From the NCBI GenBank assembly GCA_046704805.1, contig JBJKRG010000248.1, positions 20,602 to 84,601 on the forward strand: a stretch of DNA of 64,000 nt. Direction: 5' to 3'. The DNA comes from Gemmatimonadaceae bacterium (GTDB lineage: Bacteria; Gemmatimonadota; Gemmatimonadetes; Gemmatimonadales; Gemmatimonadaceae). Both the position numbers and the translations under genes were made by a program. Positions 1-10,200 of this stretch are shown here, piece by piece; positions within the stretch are counted from its first letter, which is position 1, and the number at the start of each line of letters is the position of its first letter. Under the pieces are notes generated by a model. The model was given only the letters and a program-made list of their open reading frames with translations. It ran no database searches and was not told where the DNA came from.

Positions 1-138
1 CCCAGAGGGCACGCGGTCGGCCCTCCGGATCACGATTGATCGGGAGGCCACGGATTCGGCCCGGGCCGCCTCGGCGGCGCAGACTCGGGCCATGCGGCGG
101 GAATCAGGGCGCCGCGATCCGGGCGGCGACATCACGCT

Positions 139-1131
139 CTAATTGTCCTCACAGCCCCGTGCGGACGCCTCCCGATCGGATGGCCCGTCGCGGTCGGTCC
201 CACGTCGCCCGACGGCCATTCGGTAGCCGGCTCCCGGCCGGCCCGGCGAGTAGATCGTGATCGACCCATTCTGGTCCGTGCGGTACCACGGGACGCCGGC
301 CGCCTGATAGACCGCCTTCGCCTGCTCGTGCATGTGCCCGTAGTCGTTCTCCGCACCCATCGACAGCACGGCCGTGTCCGGGTGGAGCGCCGCGAGGTAC
401 GGAATCGTCACCCCGTTGCAGCTGCCGTGGTGGTCGCCCTTCAACACGTTCACGCGCATGCCCGGGTCGAGCGCGTAGCCCGTCGTCCCGAGGAACCAGT
501 CGATGGCCGCTCGCTCGGCATCGCCGGCCAGCCACATGGTGAACGACGCCGAGTCGGCGCCGACGAGCTTCACCGCCGCCGAGCGATCGTTGATCGTCAC
601 CAGACGGGGGTAGGGCCGCAGCAGATGCAGCTGGGCGCCGCCCCGGAGCGTCAGCGTGCAGACGGCGCGTCCGTCGCCGCACGGATCATCGGTGTCCCGG
701 TAGATCAGCGAGCCCTGCGTCACGCGTGAAGCGATCGAGTCCCGAAGCTCTCGGAGGGACGCGGCCGTGGACGGATCCTGATTTTCGAAGAAGTAGCGGA
801 CGATGATGTGGCGTGATGAGCGGAAGAGTTCGCGCAGTCCGCTGTAGTGGTCGAAATGCTGGTGGGAGAGGATCACGGCGTCGACCGTGTCGTCGTGCAC
901 ACGCAGTGAATCGAGCAGATGCCCGAATCGACGGCGGTCGGGGCCGCCGTCGATGAACACCCGGCTGCCGCCGTTCGTGATGTAGGTGGCATCGCCCTGA
1001 CCGACGTCGAGCACCCGCACCGTCACCCCGTGGGGGTTCGCAGCGGTCGTCGTGTCACCGAGTCCGGGGCCGGACGGCCGGCAGGCGGCCATCGTCGCAA
1101 GCGTGAGCGTAGGGAGCAGCCATCGCGTCAT
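139..1131 (-). CDS. MBL-fold metallo-hydrolase, probable lipoprotein (ComEC C-terminal-like)
   Basis: 330-aa ORF. N-terminus LTLATMAAC looks like a lipobox signal. HxHxDH-type motif LSHQHFDHYSG and a later GDHHGS are typical of the metallo-beta-lactamase fold. Confidence 0.75.
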   Translation of the reverse strand: MTRWLLPTLTLATMAACRPSGPGLGDTTTAANPHGVTVRVLDVGQGDATYITNGGSRVFIDGGPDRRRFGHLLDSLRVHDDTVDAVILSHQHFDHYSGLRELFRSSRHIIVRYFFENQDPSTAASLRELRDSIASRVTQGSLIYRDTDDPCGDGRAVCTLTLRGGAQLHLLRPYPRLVTINDRSAAVKLVGADSASFTMWLAGDAERAAIDWFLGTTGYALDPGMRVNVLKGDHHGSCNGVTIPYLAALHPDTAVLSMGAENDYGHMHEQAKAVYQAAGVPWYRTDQNGSITIYSPGRPGAGYRMAVGRRGTDRDGPSDREASARGCEDN

Positions 1132-1228
1132 GCCTCCACGCTATGCAGCACGCGCCGCCACGCGCCGTCGTTTCCCGGCCCCTCGGCGCATTCCGTTTCG
1201 CGCTGACCGCCGGCGTGACGCGGTCGGG

Positions 1229-2593
1229 CTATCCGGCCTTCCCGATTCCGTTGGAACGGGGCCGAGCCCAGATCCAGTAGACCGGCACGCCGGCCGCCAT
1301 GATGATCAGACCGATTCCCGACGCCCTTGGAAACTGGAGAATCGTGCTCAGAGCCACGCCCCAGAACGCGATGACGAATGCGAGCGTCGTCCAGGGATGA
1401 CCCGGCATTCGCATCGTGACGCGCCCCATGCCGGCCTGATCCGCGCCGGATCGCGACTCGCGGCGGCGCAGGACGAGCAGCGCAGTACCGGTCAGTCCGA
1501 AGAACACCGCGTCCATCGAGATGACGTAGCTCAGAATCTGGTCGTATCGTCCCGAGACCGAGATCACCGCCGCCCACACTCCCTGCAGCACGATGGCCAC
1601 GGTGGGCACGCGTGACCGCGGATCGAGCCAACCGATGACCCGGAAGAATATCCCGTCGCGGGCCATGGCATAGTAGACGCGGGGTGCCGTCAGCATTCCC
1701 TGGCTCAGGAACCCGATCGTCGACACGGCGATGCCCGCCGCAATCAGCCGGGCGCCGACGGAGCCGAACGCGAGCCGCATGACGTCCGAGGCCGGAGTCG
1801 TCGTGCGGGCGAGGCCGGACGGCCCCAGCGCGTGCAGACACACCACGTTCACGCCAAGGTAGAGCAGGATCACCCCCATCACGCCGATGACCAGCCCCCG
1901 CGGCAGATCGCGCGTCGGGTTCCTGAGTTCACCACTCACGAAACTCGACGTCTGCCAGCCGCCGTAGGCGAAGAGCACCGGCACCATCGCCGCGGCGAAC
2001 GCGATCGGGATCGGCTTCCCTCCCGCCGTTGCCGTTGTCGCGGAGGCGGCCGGGACACCGGCCGCCTTCCATCCGAGCGCCACCAGGGCGAGCACGGCCA
2101 CGATCTTCGTGACCATGAGGGCGCTCTGCACGTTGCTGCCGGAGCGCACGCCGAAGCAGTTCACCACCGTGAGCAGGGCCAGGGCGAGCACGGCGAGGAG
2201 CGCCGGTGTCATGCTCGTGCCGGTCAGCTCCCGGAAGTAGTTCGCGAAGGTCACGGCAACGGCCGCCATGCCGCCGGTCTGGGTCACCAGCAGGAGACCC
2301 CATCCGTACAGGAACGCCACCATCGGGTGGAAGGCATCGCGCAGATAGGCATACTGGCCACCCACCTGCGGCCGCAGCTGGGCCAGCTCGGCGTACACGA
2401 ACGCGCCCGTGAGCGCGATGAGCCCACCCGCCGCCCACGCGCCGAGAATCAACGCCGGCGTGTGCAGTTGCTGCGCCACCACGTACGGATTGATGAAGAT
2501 CCCGGCGCCGATGATGCCGCCCATGACGATCATCGTCGCGTCGAAGAGGCCGAGCCGACGGGAGAGTTCCTTCGGTTCCGTGGGATGCGGCAT
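1229..2593 (-). CDS. APC-family amino acid permease
   Basis: Multi-TM ORF with the N-terminal signature LGLFDATMIVMGGIIGAGIFINP. Start is uncertain: MPHPTEPKEL at 2593 preferred over the upstream ATG at 2674. Confidence 0.85.
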   Translation of the reverse strand: MPHPTEPKELSRRLGLFDATMIVMGGIIGAGIFINPYVVAQQLHTPALILGAWAAGGLIALTGAFVYAELAQLRPQVGGQYAYLRDAFHPMVAFLYGWGLLLVTQTGGMAAVAVTFANYFRELTGTSMTPALLAVLALALLTVVNCFGVRSGSNVQSALMVTKIVAVLALVALGWKAAGVPAASATTATAGGKPIPIAFAAAMVPVLFAYGGWQTSSFVSGELRNPTRDLPRGLVIGVMGVILLYLGVNVVCLHALGPSGLARTTTPASDVMRLAFGSVGARLIAAGIAVSTIGFLSQGMLTAPRVYYAMARDGIFFRVIGWLDPRSRVPTVAIVLQGVWAAVISVSGRYDQILSYVISMDAVFFGLTGTALLVLRRRESRSGADQAGMGRVTMRMPGHPWTTLAFVIAFWGVALSTILQFPRASGIGLIIMAAGVPVYWIWARPRSNGIGKAG

Positions 2594-2717
2594 GCGGCGC
2601 TGGGTGAAGGCGGGCGGTGGCGGAGGAAGGGGGACGGCGGGCGGGGGTGAGGCGCCCAAAGATGCATCGCCCATCCGGCGCTGTCAGGAGCGACCGCCCG
2701 GGCGGCGTTCGTTGATT

Positions 2718-2737
2718 TGTACTAAAACGCTAGTACA
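2718..2737. promoter_or_regulatory. Perfect inverted repeat TGTACTA-N6-TAGTACA, candidate GntR operator
   Basis: Arms at 2718-2724 and 2731-2737 are exact reverse complements. Lies 13 nt upstream of the GntR ATG, in the AT-richer divergent spacer. GT...AC-type palindromes are the usual GntR-family operator form. Confidence 0.45.
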
Positions 2738-2749
2738 TTCAAACAAGCG

Positions 2750-3127
2750 ATGTTCCGTGTCGATCCGTCCAGTCCGGTGCCGCTCTATGCGCAGCTGGAG
2801 CACGCGATCCGCGCCGCCATCGCGGCGGGCGTGCTCAGGCGGGGCGAGCGTTTGCCCACGGTTCGCCAGCTTGCCGTGGAACTCCGGGTCAACGCCAATA
2901 CCGTGGCCCGGGTATATGCGGAGCTCGAGCGGGCGGGCGTTCTGGCCACCCAACGCGGCGTCGGCACCCGGGTGAAGGATCCGACAGCGATCGCGAAATC
3001 CGGGCGAGAACGCGAGCGCGCACTCCGCAGCATCGCCGACCGGACTCTGGCGGAGGCGTCCGCCGTGGGCATTCCGGCCGCCGAGGTGATCCGGCACCTC
3101 CAGCAACGCTCACGGGAGGCTCGCTGA
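2750..3127 (+). CDS. GntR-family winged-HTH transcriptional regulator (short, YhcF-like)
   Basis: 125 aa. PLYAQLEHAIRAAIAAGVLRRGERLPTVRQLAVELRVNANTVARVYAELERAGVL is the canonical GntR N-terminal HTH. Confidence 0.85.
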   Translation: MFRVDPSSPVPLYAQLEHAIRAAIAAGVLRRGERLPTVRQLAVELRVNANTVARVYAELERAGVLATQRGVGTRVKDPTAIAKSGRERERALRSIADRTLAEASAVGIPAAEVIRHLQQRSREAR

Positions 3128-3128
3128 T

Positions 3129-4091
3129 ATGCCCTACGAAATTTCCGACGACCGCATCGGCAATGCCGTGCTGCGTCTCGACAACAGTCCCCGGTTCAAC
3201 ATCGTGTCCATGGTCGTGTTGCTCGCTCCCACCATCGCCGGAGCGATCGCGACCCTGCTCACCCGGCAGCCGGCCGGTCTCATCGGCGGTCTGCTCCTCG
3301 GCAGTGTGTTGTCCGTCTCGCCCAAGATCGCCAAGCAGTGGGAGCGGGGCGTGGTCCTGCATCTTGGCCGCTACGCCGGACTCCGGGGCCCCGGCCTCTT
3401 CTTCATCACGCCCTTCATCGACTCCGTCGCGTTCTGGATCGACCAGCGCGTGCTCACCACCGGCTTCGCCGCCGAGCAGACGCTCACCCTGGATACGGTG
3501 CCGGTGAACGTCGATGCGGTGCTGTTCTGGATGGTCTATGACCCGGAGAAGGCGGCCCTGGAGGTGCAGAACTACGCGCAGGCCGTGAGCTGGGCCGCCC
3601 AGACCGCGCTGCGCGACATCATCGGGCGCACGTCGTTGGCCGATCTGCTGCGCGGACGGGAGAAGATCGAAACCGAGCTGCAGCAGTTGATCGATGAACG
3701 GGCGACTCCCTGGGGCGTGACCGTGCAGTCCGTCGAGATGCGCGACGTGGTGATCCCGACATCGCTGCAGGATGCGATGTCGCGGGAAGCGCAGGCATCA
3801 CGGGAGAAGTCGGCGCGGATCATCCTTGGCCAGGCGGAGGTGGAGATCGCGCAGTTGTTCCACGAGGCGGCGAAATCCTACCAGCACAATCCGACCGCGC
3901 TGCATCTGCGGGCCATGAACATCCTGTACGAGGGGCTCAAGGAGAAGGGCGCGCTCATGCTCGTGCCGAGCTCGGCGGTCGAATCGATGGGGCTGGGCGG
4001 CCTGCTCGGGGCTGCGGCGCTGCAGCAGGAGGCGCTGGCGGGGGAGAAGGGCGAGCAGGGGGACGCGACCGGAAACGTCGAGCCGGCGTGA
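3129..4091 (+). CDS. SPFH/Band-7 (stomatin/slipin-like) membrane protein
   Basis: 320 aa. N-terminal TM segments followed by an SPFH core (VVLHLGRYAGLRGPGLFFITPFID...TLDTVPVNVDAVLFWMV...LRDIIGRTSLADLL). The ATG lies 1 nt after the GntR stop codon. Confidence 0.85.
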   Translation: MPYEISDDRIGNAVLRLDNSPRFNIVSMVVLLAPTIAGAIATLLTRQPAGLIGGLLLGSVLSVSPKIAKQWERGVVLHLGRYAGLRGPGLFFITPFIDSVAFWIDQRVLTTGFAAEQTLTLDTVPVNVDAVLFWMVYDPEKAALEVQNYAQAVSWAAQTALRDIIGRTSLADLLRGREKIETELQQLIDERATPWGVTVQSVEMRDVVIPTSLQDAMSREAQASREKSARIILGQAEVEIAQLFHEAAKSYQHNPTALHLRAMNILYEGLKEKGALMLVPSSAVESMGLGGLLGAAALQQEALAGEKGEQGDATGNVEPA

Positions 4092-4129
4092 AGCGCAGCG
4101 AGGCGGTCTGTCATCGGACCGTCTGGGTC

Positions 4130-4175
4130 GAGATCCGCAAGCGGTGTGGCGTTAACGGGGCTGCTTGCGGATCTC
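4130..4175 (+). terminator. Long hairpin downstream of the stomatin-like gene
   Basis: GAGATCCGCAAGC (4130-4142) and GCTTGCGGATCTC (4163-4175) form a perfect 13-bp stem with a 20-nt loop. No U-tract follows. Lies between convergent genes. Confidence 0.45.
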
Positions 4176-4343
4176 GCAAAGTACGAACCGGCCCCCGCAA
4201 CCGATTCGACTCCGCGCCACGCTCCCGGCAGCGTGACGATCCCATGACTGGTGCTGCGGTGTGCGGACGGCCGATGCGATCCGGCGTCCCACTCCATACG
4301 TAGAACAATTGTGGTTTCGTCGCGTAAACACAAGCTCTTTCTT

Positions 4344-5261
4344 TCACGTTGCATCGGGTGCGTAATCGCTCGCCGACCAGCGCGCGCGCTCGAAACGCGA
4401 CGCGCGCACCGCCTCCACCACCACCGGCACCGCGCAGATCGCAAGCAGCAGACCGTACGGCCATGCCGCGCTCCATACCGTGCCTCTCGGTGCGAATGCG
4501 GGGCGGAGCAACAGCGCCGCGACGATCGGTAGCGCGGGGATGGCCGAAATCCATGCCCGCTGTTTGACGCGTGGCGCGTAGGTGTTCGTCTCGGCGAGGA
4601 ACACGCCCTTCGTCGGCGGGGGCTCGCCCGGACGGGCGAAGGCATGCCAGATCACCGACGTCGGCACGCAAGTGCCGATCGCCCACACGGTCGCGCTCGA
4701 CGAGACTTCTTCGGACAGCAACCGGGGCGGGGCGATGAAGTCGCGCGACGTCACGTGATCGCCGCTTCGCAGTTGCCACGGGAATTCGCCGAGGATGAAT
4801 ACCGTCGTCACCGTGGTCGTGCGGAAATGCCGGAACGTCGCGCCGTCGTATCGCACGAAGGGCTGCCGACCGCTCACCAACTCCGACGGCGCAATGCGGG
4901 TGATGTCGAAGTCGCACCAGTGGCCGTCGTACTCCATCAGGTACCGGTAGCCCTTGTAGGGATTCCACAGCGTGTATTCACGCCAGAAGTACTCCACGTC
5001 GTTCTGGCGCACGCTGCGCACCTGGAACCCGCTGACCTCGTATGGATCCCCGCGCAGCGTGCCGCGGGTTCCGAGGGGCAGGTCGGGCTCGAAGGTCATC
5101 TTCTGCTGGTAGGCCTGCAGGACGCTGAGTTGCTGGTCCCGGGCATCGAGCACGGCATGGCAGGCCGGACAGACGACCGTCTGCGTCTGCTGGACCGCGC
5201 GGATGGTGATCGCGGCGCCGCAGTTCGGACAGGAGAGCCCTTCTACGCGGGGAGCGGCCAT
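4344..5261 (-). CDS. Zinc-ribbon + DUF4178-like protein with C-terminal TM segments
   Basis: Start re-picked at MAAPRVEGLSCPNCGAAI (cat at 5259-5261). CxxC...CxxC ribbon followed by a DUF4178-like core (GDPYEVSGFQVRS...YFWREYTLWNP). Hydrophobic C-terminus. Confidence 0.65.
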   Translation of the reverse strand: MAAPRVEGLSCPNCGAAITIRAVQQTQTVVCPACHAVLDARDQQLSVLQAYQQKMTFEPDLPLGTRGTLRGDPYEVSGFQVRSVRQNDVEYFWREYTLWNPYKGYRYLMEYDGHWCDFDITRIAPSELVSGRQPFVRYDGATFRHFRTTTVTTVFILGEFPWQLRSGDHVTSRDFIAPPRLLSEEVSSSATVWAIGTCVPTSVIWHAFARPGEPPPTKGVFLAETNTYAPRVKQRAWISAIPALPIVAALLLRPAFAPRGTVWSAAWPYGLLLAICAVPVVVEAVRASRFERARWSASDYAPDAT

Positions 5262-5887
5262 CCGTCGATGGCGCGAAGCCGCGCCAGATGGAGGTCGTCG
5301 AACGTCGTCCATTCGCCCAGGTAGACGGCGGGCGGCTGGTCGCGATAGTCGATCGTGGCGATATGCCCATCCGTGGCATCGAGGTCGACCAGCGTCGCTT
5401 CGCGCCGGTTCCACGTCGTGAACGGCAGTTCGCCCTCGACCGCGCGATACCGCGCCTTCGTGACCGCCATCAGCTTGTAGATGCGCCGCTCCCACACGAA
5501 GTTGCTGCCGACGCGCAACTTCTCCAGCGTCGGGGCCTCCGCGGTCGCCGTTTTGATGGAGAACGCGTATTCCCCCCGGGCGTCGCTCAACCACGCGCTC
5601 GTGCCGTCATCCAGGTGTACGTGCCAGTCGTTCCAGGAGCCGCGGTCGTACTCGTAGACCACGCGGCCGATCACGGCGAACCGGCGGTGGCGGAAGCTGC
5701 CGGTGGTGCCGATCTGGATCGGCGAGCTCGTGGCGGGGAAGTCGCCCACCGTGCCGACGGTCTTGAGATTCACGTCGTCGCGCACGAGCACCGATTTGCA
5801 GTAGGGGCAGGTCGTCTGCACGGCGCCCGACCACTCGAACCGGATCGCGGCCCCACAATTCGGGCAGGTCACGGTGGGCGCGGTCAT
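5243..5887 (-). CDS. Zinc-ribbon + DUF4178-like protein
   Basis: Start re-picked at MTAPTVTCPNCGAAIRF. CPNC...CPYC ribbon followed by TVGDFPATSSPIQIGTTGSFRHRRFAVIGRVVYEY. A paralogue of the downstream gene, which it overlaps by 19 nt. Confidence 0.65.
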   Translation of the reverse strand: MTAPTVTCPNCGAAIRFEWSGAVQTTCPYCKSVLVRDDVNLKTVGTVGDFPATSSPIQIGTTGSFRHRRFAVIGRVVYEYDRGSWNDWHVHLDDGTSAWLSDARGEYAFSIKTATAEAPTLEKLRVGSNFVWERRIYKLMAVTKARYRAVEGELPFTTWNRREATLVDLDATDGHIATIDYRDQPPAVYLGEWTTFDDLHLARLRAIDGWPLPA

Positions 5888-5921
5888 GGTCGGTACCGGC
5901 GTGGATCGGGAGCGCGGGGAG

Positions 5922-6935
5922 TCAGGACTGTGCGCCACCGCATTCCGGACAGAACTTCGCGCTGCGTGGGATCGGCTTGCCACAGGCGATGCAGAATTTC
6001 GTGTCGCCTTCCGCGGCGGCTCCGGCTCCCGTCGTCGGAGCGGTCGTACCCGGCGGTGTGGCCGCGGCCGGCTGGCCCACGCCGCTCACGGCGTCGGCCA
6101 TCGCCTTCCCCATCGCCATGCCCGCGCCGAGCCCCGCGCCGAGCCCTGCACCCCCTCCCTCGTTGGCGGCAGCGATCGGCATCGACTGCGCCGCCTGATA
6201 CTGCGTGTACTGCTGCATGTTGCCGATCATGTTCATGCTGATGCGCTCGTCGAGTTTCTTCTGCAGCTCGTCAGGCAACGAGAGGTTCTCCACGGCGAAC
6301 GAATCGAGGGCCAGCCCGAACTCCCCGAAGGCCGGCGACAGCGTCGCCTTGAGCTTTTCGGCGAGCAGGCCCTGATTGGCCGCCATGTCCAGGAACGGGA
6401 CCCCGCTGGTCGCGAACGCATCGGCGAACCGCGCCAGGATGGTGTCGCGGAGCTGGCCCTCGAGGTCGCCCACGACGTACAGTTCGCGCGTGCCACTCAC
6501 CTTCTGATGGAATTTCAGAGGTTCGGTCAGGTGGTACGTGTAGATACCGAAGCCCCGGATCCGGACCATGCCGAAGTCCTTGTCGCGAATCGTGATCGGC
6601 TGCTGCGTGCCCCATTTCTGGTCGGTCTGGACTCGCGTCGAGAAGAAATAGACGTCGGACTTGAACGGTGATTTGAACAGCTTGTCCCAGTTCAGGAGGT
6701 TCGTCAGCACGGGCAGCGTGCGCGTTTCCAGCGTGTAGCGTCCCGGACTGAACGTGTCGGCGGCTTTGCCCTCGTTCACGAACAGCGCCATCTGGGATTC
6801 ACGAACCGTCAACTGCGCGCCGTACTGGATTTCCATATCGCGCATCGGATATCGGAAGGCGAGCGTCCCGTCGGCATCCTCCGTCCACTGAATGACGTCG
6901 ATGAATTGCTTCTTGATGAAATCGCCCAGCGACAT
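5922..6935 (-). CDS. SPFH-domain protein with C-terminal zinc ribbon (YdjI / COG4260-like)
   Basis: Start at MSLGDFIKKQFIDVIQW (cat at 6933-6935). SPFH-like core, a Gly/Ala-rich linker, and a terminal FCIACGKPIPRSAKFCPECG ribbon. Confidence 0.8.
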   Translation of the reverse strand: MSLGDFIKKQFIDVIQWTEDADGTLAFRYPMRDMEIQYGAQLTVRESQMALFVNEGKAADTFSPGRYTLETRTLPVLTNLLNWDKLFKSPFKSDVYFFSTRVQTDQKWGTQQPITIRDKDFGMVRIRGFGIYTYHLTEPLKFHQKVSGTRELYVVGDLEGQLRDTILARFADAFATSGVPFLDMAANQGLLAEKLKATLSPAFGEFGLALDSFAVENLSLPDELQKKLDERISMNMIGNMQQYTQYQAAQSMPIAAANEGGGAGLGAGLGAGMAMGKAMADAVSGVGQPAAATPPGTTAPTTGAGAAAEGDTKFCIACGKPIPRSAKFCPECGGAQS

Positions 6936-7210
6936 GGTGGGGCCTCCGGGTGGGCGTTGAGGGGGATCGGCGCGCGGGCCGGGCCGTCGGACGTCGGACG
7001 ATAAAGAAACCACAAGTACGGGGCAACCGGGGCCCGGGCGCGTACCGCCCAGCGGGTGGGAGGGCGTACGCGCCGGACCTGGTGGCCTGCCCGTTCAACA
7101 CTCCCGAAGCACGTGCCGTATATGGTATTGTCGTGTCAGCCACCGGCCCGGAGCGGACCGGTGCAGCTCGGTCCCGCCGAGCCGTTCCTCGCACTCTCAC
7201 AGGACCTCCC

Positions 7211-10200
7211 ATGCAACGCTACCGGCTCCTTCCCTTCCTCGCCGGAGCTTTCCTGAGCGCTGCCGCCGCCTTGCCCGCGGCGGGTCAGAGCCTGGACTCC
7301 GCGACCATCGCCGGCCTGCGCTGGCGAAACATCGGACCGGCCAACTTCGACGGCCGGGTCAATGCCATCGCCGGCATCGGGTTTCCTTCCAAGACCTTCT
7401 ACGTCGGCGCCGCCGGCGGCGGCGTCTGGAAGACGACCAACGAAGGCACCACCTTCCGGCCCCTGTTCACCAACGAGCCCGTCGCGTCGATCGGGGCGAT
7501 CGCCGTCGCACCGTCCGACACGAACGTCGTGTGGGTCGGGACCGGTGATCCGAACAGCCGGAACACCATCGAGCCCGGGGACGGCGTCTACAAGTCCACC
7601 GATGGCGGGATGACGTGGAAGATGATGGGCCTCAAGGACGGGCAGATGATCGGGAACATCGCCATCGACCCGGCCAACGCCAACGTCGTGTACATCGCCG
7701 AGCTGGGACACGCCTGGGACAACAAGGGCGAGCGGGGCCTCTACAAGACCACGGACGGCGGGAATACCTGGAAGCGCATCAAGTACATCAACGACAGAAC
7801 CGGGTTCGTGGACGTCAAGATCGATCCGTCGAACCCGAACGACATCTTCGCCGCCGCGTGGCAGCGCATCCGCGGTCCCTACTATCTGAAGTCGGGCGGG
7901 CCCGGCTCCGGGCTGTGGCACAGCACCGACGGCGGCAACACGTGGACCGAGGTGAAGGGCGGCGGGTTCCCGTCCACCGAGAAGGGCCGCATCACGGTCG
8001 CGTTCGCCCGCAGCAATCCCCGGATCGTCTACGCGCTCGTCGAGGCCGACTCGATGCGCGGCAAGAATCACCCGATCCTCGCTCCGGCCAGCGATTCCAT
8101 CGGCGACACGCCGCGGAAGCCCGTGGCCCAGCGGCTGCTGAGCGGCCTCTACCGTTCCGACGACGGCGGGCACACCTGGCGCTGGATGAACGACCAGGAT
8201 ACGCGCCCCTTCTACTACTCGCGCGTCGCGGTCGATCCCCAGAATCCGGACCGCGTCTATTTCTCGTCCACACCCTTCCTGTTCTCGGACGACGGCGGGA
8301 AGACCGCGCGCACGGCCACCGGTGAGGTGCACGTCGACGACCACGCGATCTGGATCGATCCTAACGACGGCCAGCACTGGTTGATCGGCAACGACGGCGG
8401 TGTGGCGCAGACCTGGGACCGCGGCGGGAACTTCGAATACCTCAACACCCTGCCGATCGCGCAGTTCTACGACGTCAGCTACGACAATGCGGTGCCGTTC
8501 AACGTCTGCGCCGGCGCCCAGGACAACGGCGGCTGGTGCGGGCCGAGCGCCCGCAAGCAGGGCCCGGTGACCAACGCGTACTGGTTCACCATCTCGGGCG
8601 GTGACGGCTTCTACACGGCCCAGGATCCGAACAACCCGAACATCGTCTGGGGCGAGTCCCAGGAGGGCGGCGTGGTCCGCCGCAACCTCAAGACCGGCGA
8701 GAACGCCAGGCTGCAGAAGCCGACCTGGCAGGCATCGTACCGCATGTGGGAGGACTCGATCCTCTCCGTGCGCGGGGATACCACCAGGCCCGAGACAGCC
8801 ACCCAGAAGCGCGAGATCGCGGAGTTGCGCAAGACGCAGAAGGACGATTCCATCGCGCTCGACATGCGCTACAACTGGGAGACGCCCTTCATCATCTCCG
8901 CCTTCAATCCCCGCGTGTTCTACATGGCGGGGAATCGCGTGCTGAAGTCGATGGATCGTGGCGACAACCTCTATCCGATCTCGCCCGATCTGAGCACCGA
9001 CGACACGGCAAAGATCCACGTCAGCCTCGTCACGACCGGCGGCATCACCAACGATGCCACGGGTGCCGAGAACTACTGCACGATCGTCTCACTCGCCGAG
9101 TCGTACCTCCGGCCCGGCTGGCTGTATGCGGGCACCGACGACGGCAACGTCTGGATGACCCACAACGACGGCGCCACCTGGGAGAAGCTGAACGGGCGGT
9201 TCCCGGGCGTACCGGCCGGCACCTACGTCAGCCGCATCGAACCGTCGCACTTCGACACGAACACGTTCTACGTCGCGTTCGACAACCATCGCAACAACGA
9301 TTTCGGCGTCTACCTCTACGAGACGAACGACGGCGGCAAGACCTTCCACTCGATCGCCAGCGACCTGCCGACGGGCGGGTCGGACTACGTCCACGTAATC
9401 CGCGAGGATCCGTACAACCGCAACCTGCTGTTCGTCGGTACGTCGCGGGCGGCCTACGCATCGATCGACGGTGGGGCGCACTGGTCGCGCTTCATGTCCG
9501 GAATGCCCACGGTGCCGGTGTACGACCTCAAGATCCAGCCGCGGGACCACGACCTGATCGCCGCCACGTTCGGCCGCGGCATCTGGATCGCGCCGATCGC
9601 GCCGATCGAGCAGCTCAACGCCAAGGTGCTCGCCGCCAACGTGCACCTCTTCAAGCCCGTCACGGCATACCAGTACGGACAGGGCCCGGCAATGGGCGCC
9701 TCGGCCAATGGACAGGGCCAGCAGGTCTTCGAGGCTCCGAGCCCCGAGTACGGGGCCGAGATCAGCTACCGGCTGGCCAGCCGCGTGCGCGGCCAGGTGG
9801 ACGTCGTCGTATCGGACGTCGCCGGTGACACGATCGCGAACGTGCGCGGCCCCGGGGCTGCCGGCATCCATACCGTCACCTGGAACTTCCAATCGTCGCA
9901 GCGTCCGCCGGCACCCAAGCTCTCGCCGTCCGAGGTTCGGGACAGCATTCTGCGGGCGAGAAAGACCGAGCACGTGCTCGACTCGCTGTCCAAGTCGGGT
10001 ATGGACCCGCAGACCATCGCCCAACTGCGCCGCATGGCTCAGGGTGGAAGCATGGCCGGATTCTTTGGCCGTGGCCGCGGCGGACGGGGTGGTCGGGGAG
10101 GCGAAACCGGGTTCGTCGAACGGCCCGCGGAAGGTCCGGTGCAGGGAGCCGGTCGCGGTGGACGCGGCGGCTTTGCCAACATCGCCGCTGCGTTCCCGGG

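Noticed and set aside
4136-4146. Shared 11-mer CCGCAAGCGGT in the hairpin at 4136 and in a small hairpin at about 27885, as a possible dispersed repeat (REP-like).
   Set aside because: Only an 11-nt match. Thousands of such chance matches are expected in 64 kb of GC-biased sequence on two strands, and the flanking sequence is unrelated.
7136-9019. Very long antisense ORFs opposite annotated genes. Examples: 7136..9019, 9089..10564, 19144..20373, 29912..31240, 30852..32396, 32760..34235, 36320..37921.
   Set aside because: Their products are Arg/Gly/Pro/Ala-rich strings with no motifs, and the opposite strand carries clearly recognisable proteins. This is the expected shadow-ORF artefact of GC-rich DNA, where stop codons are depleted in all frames.
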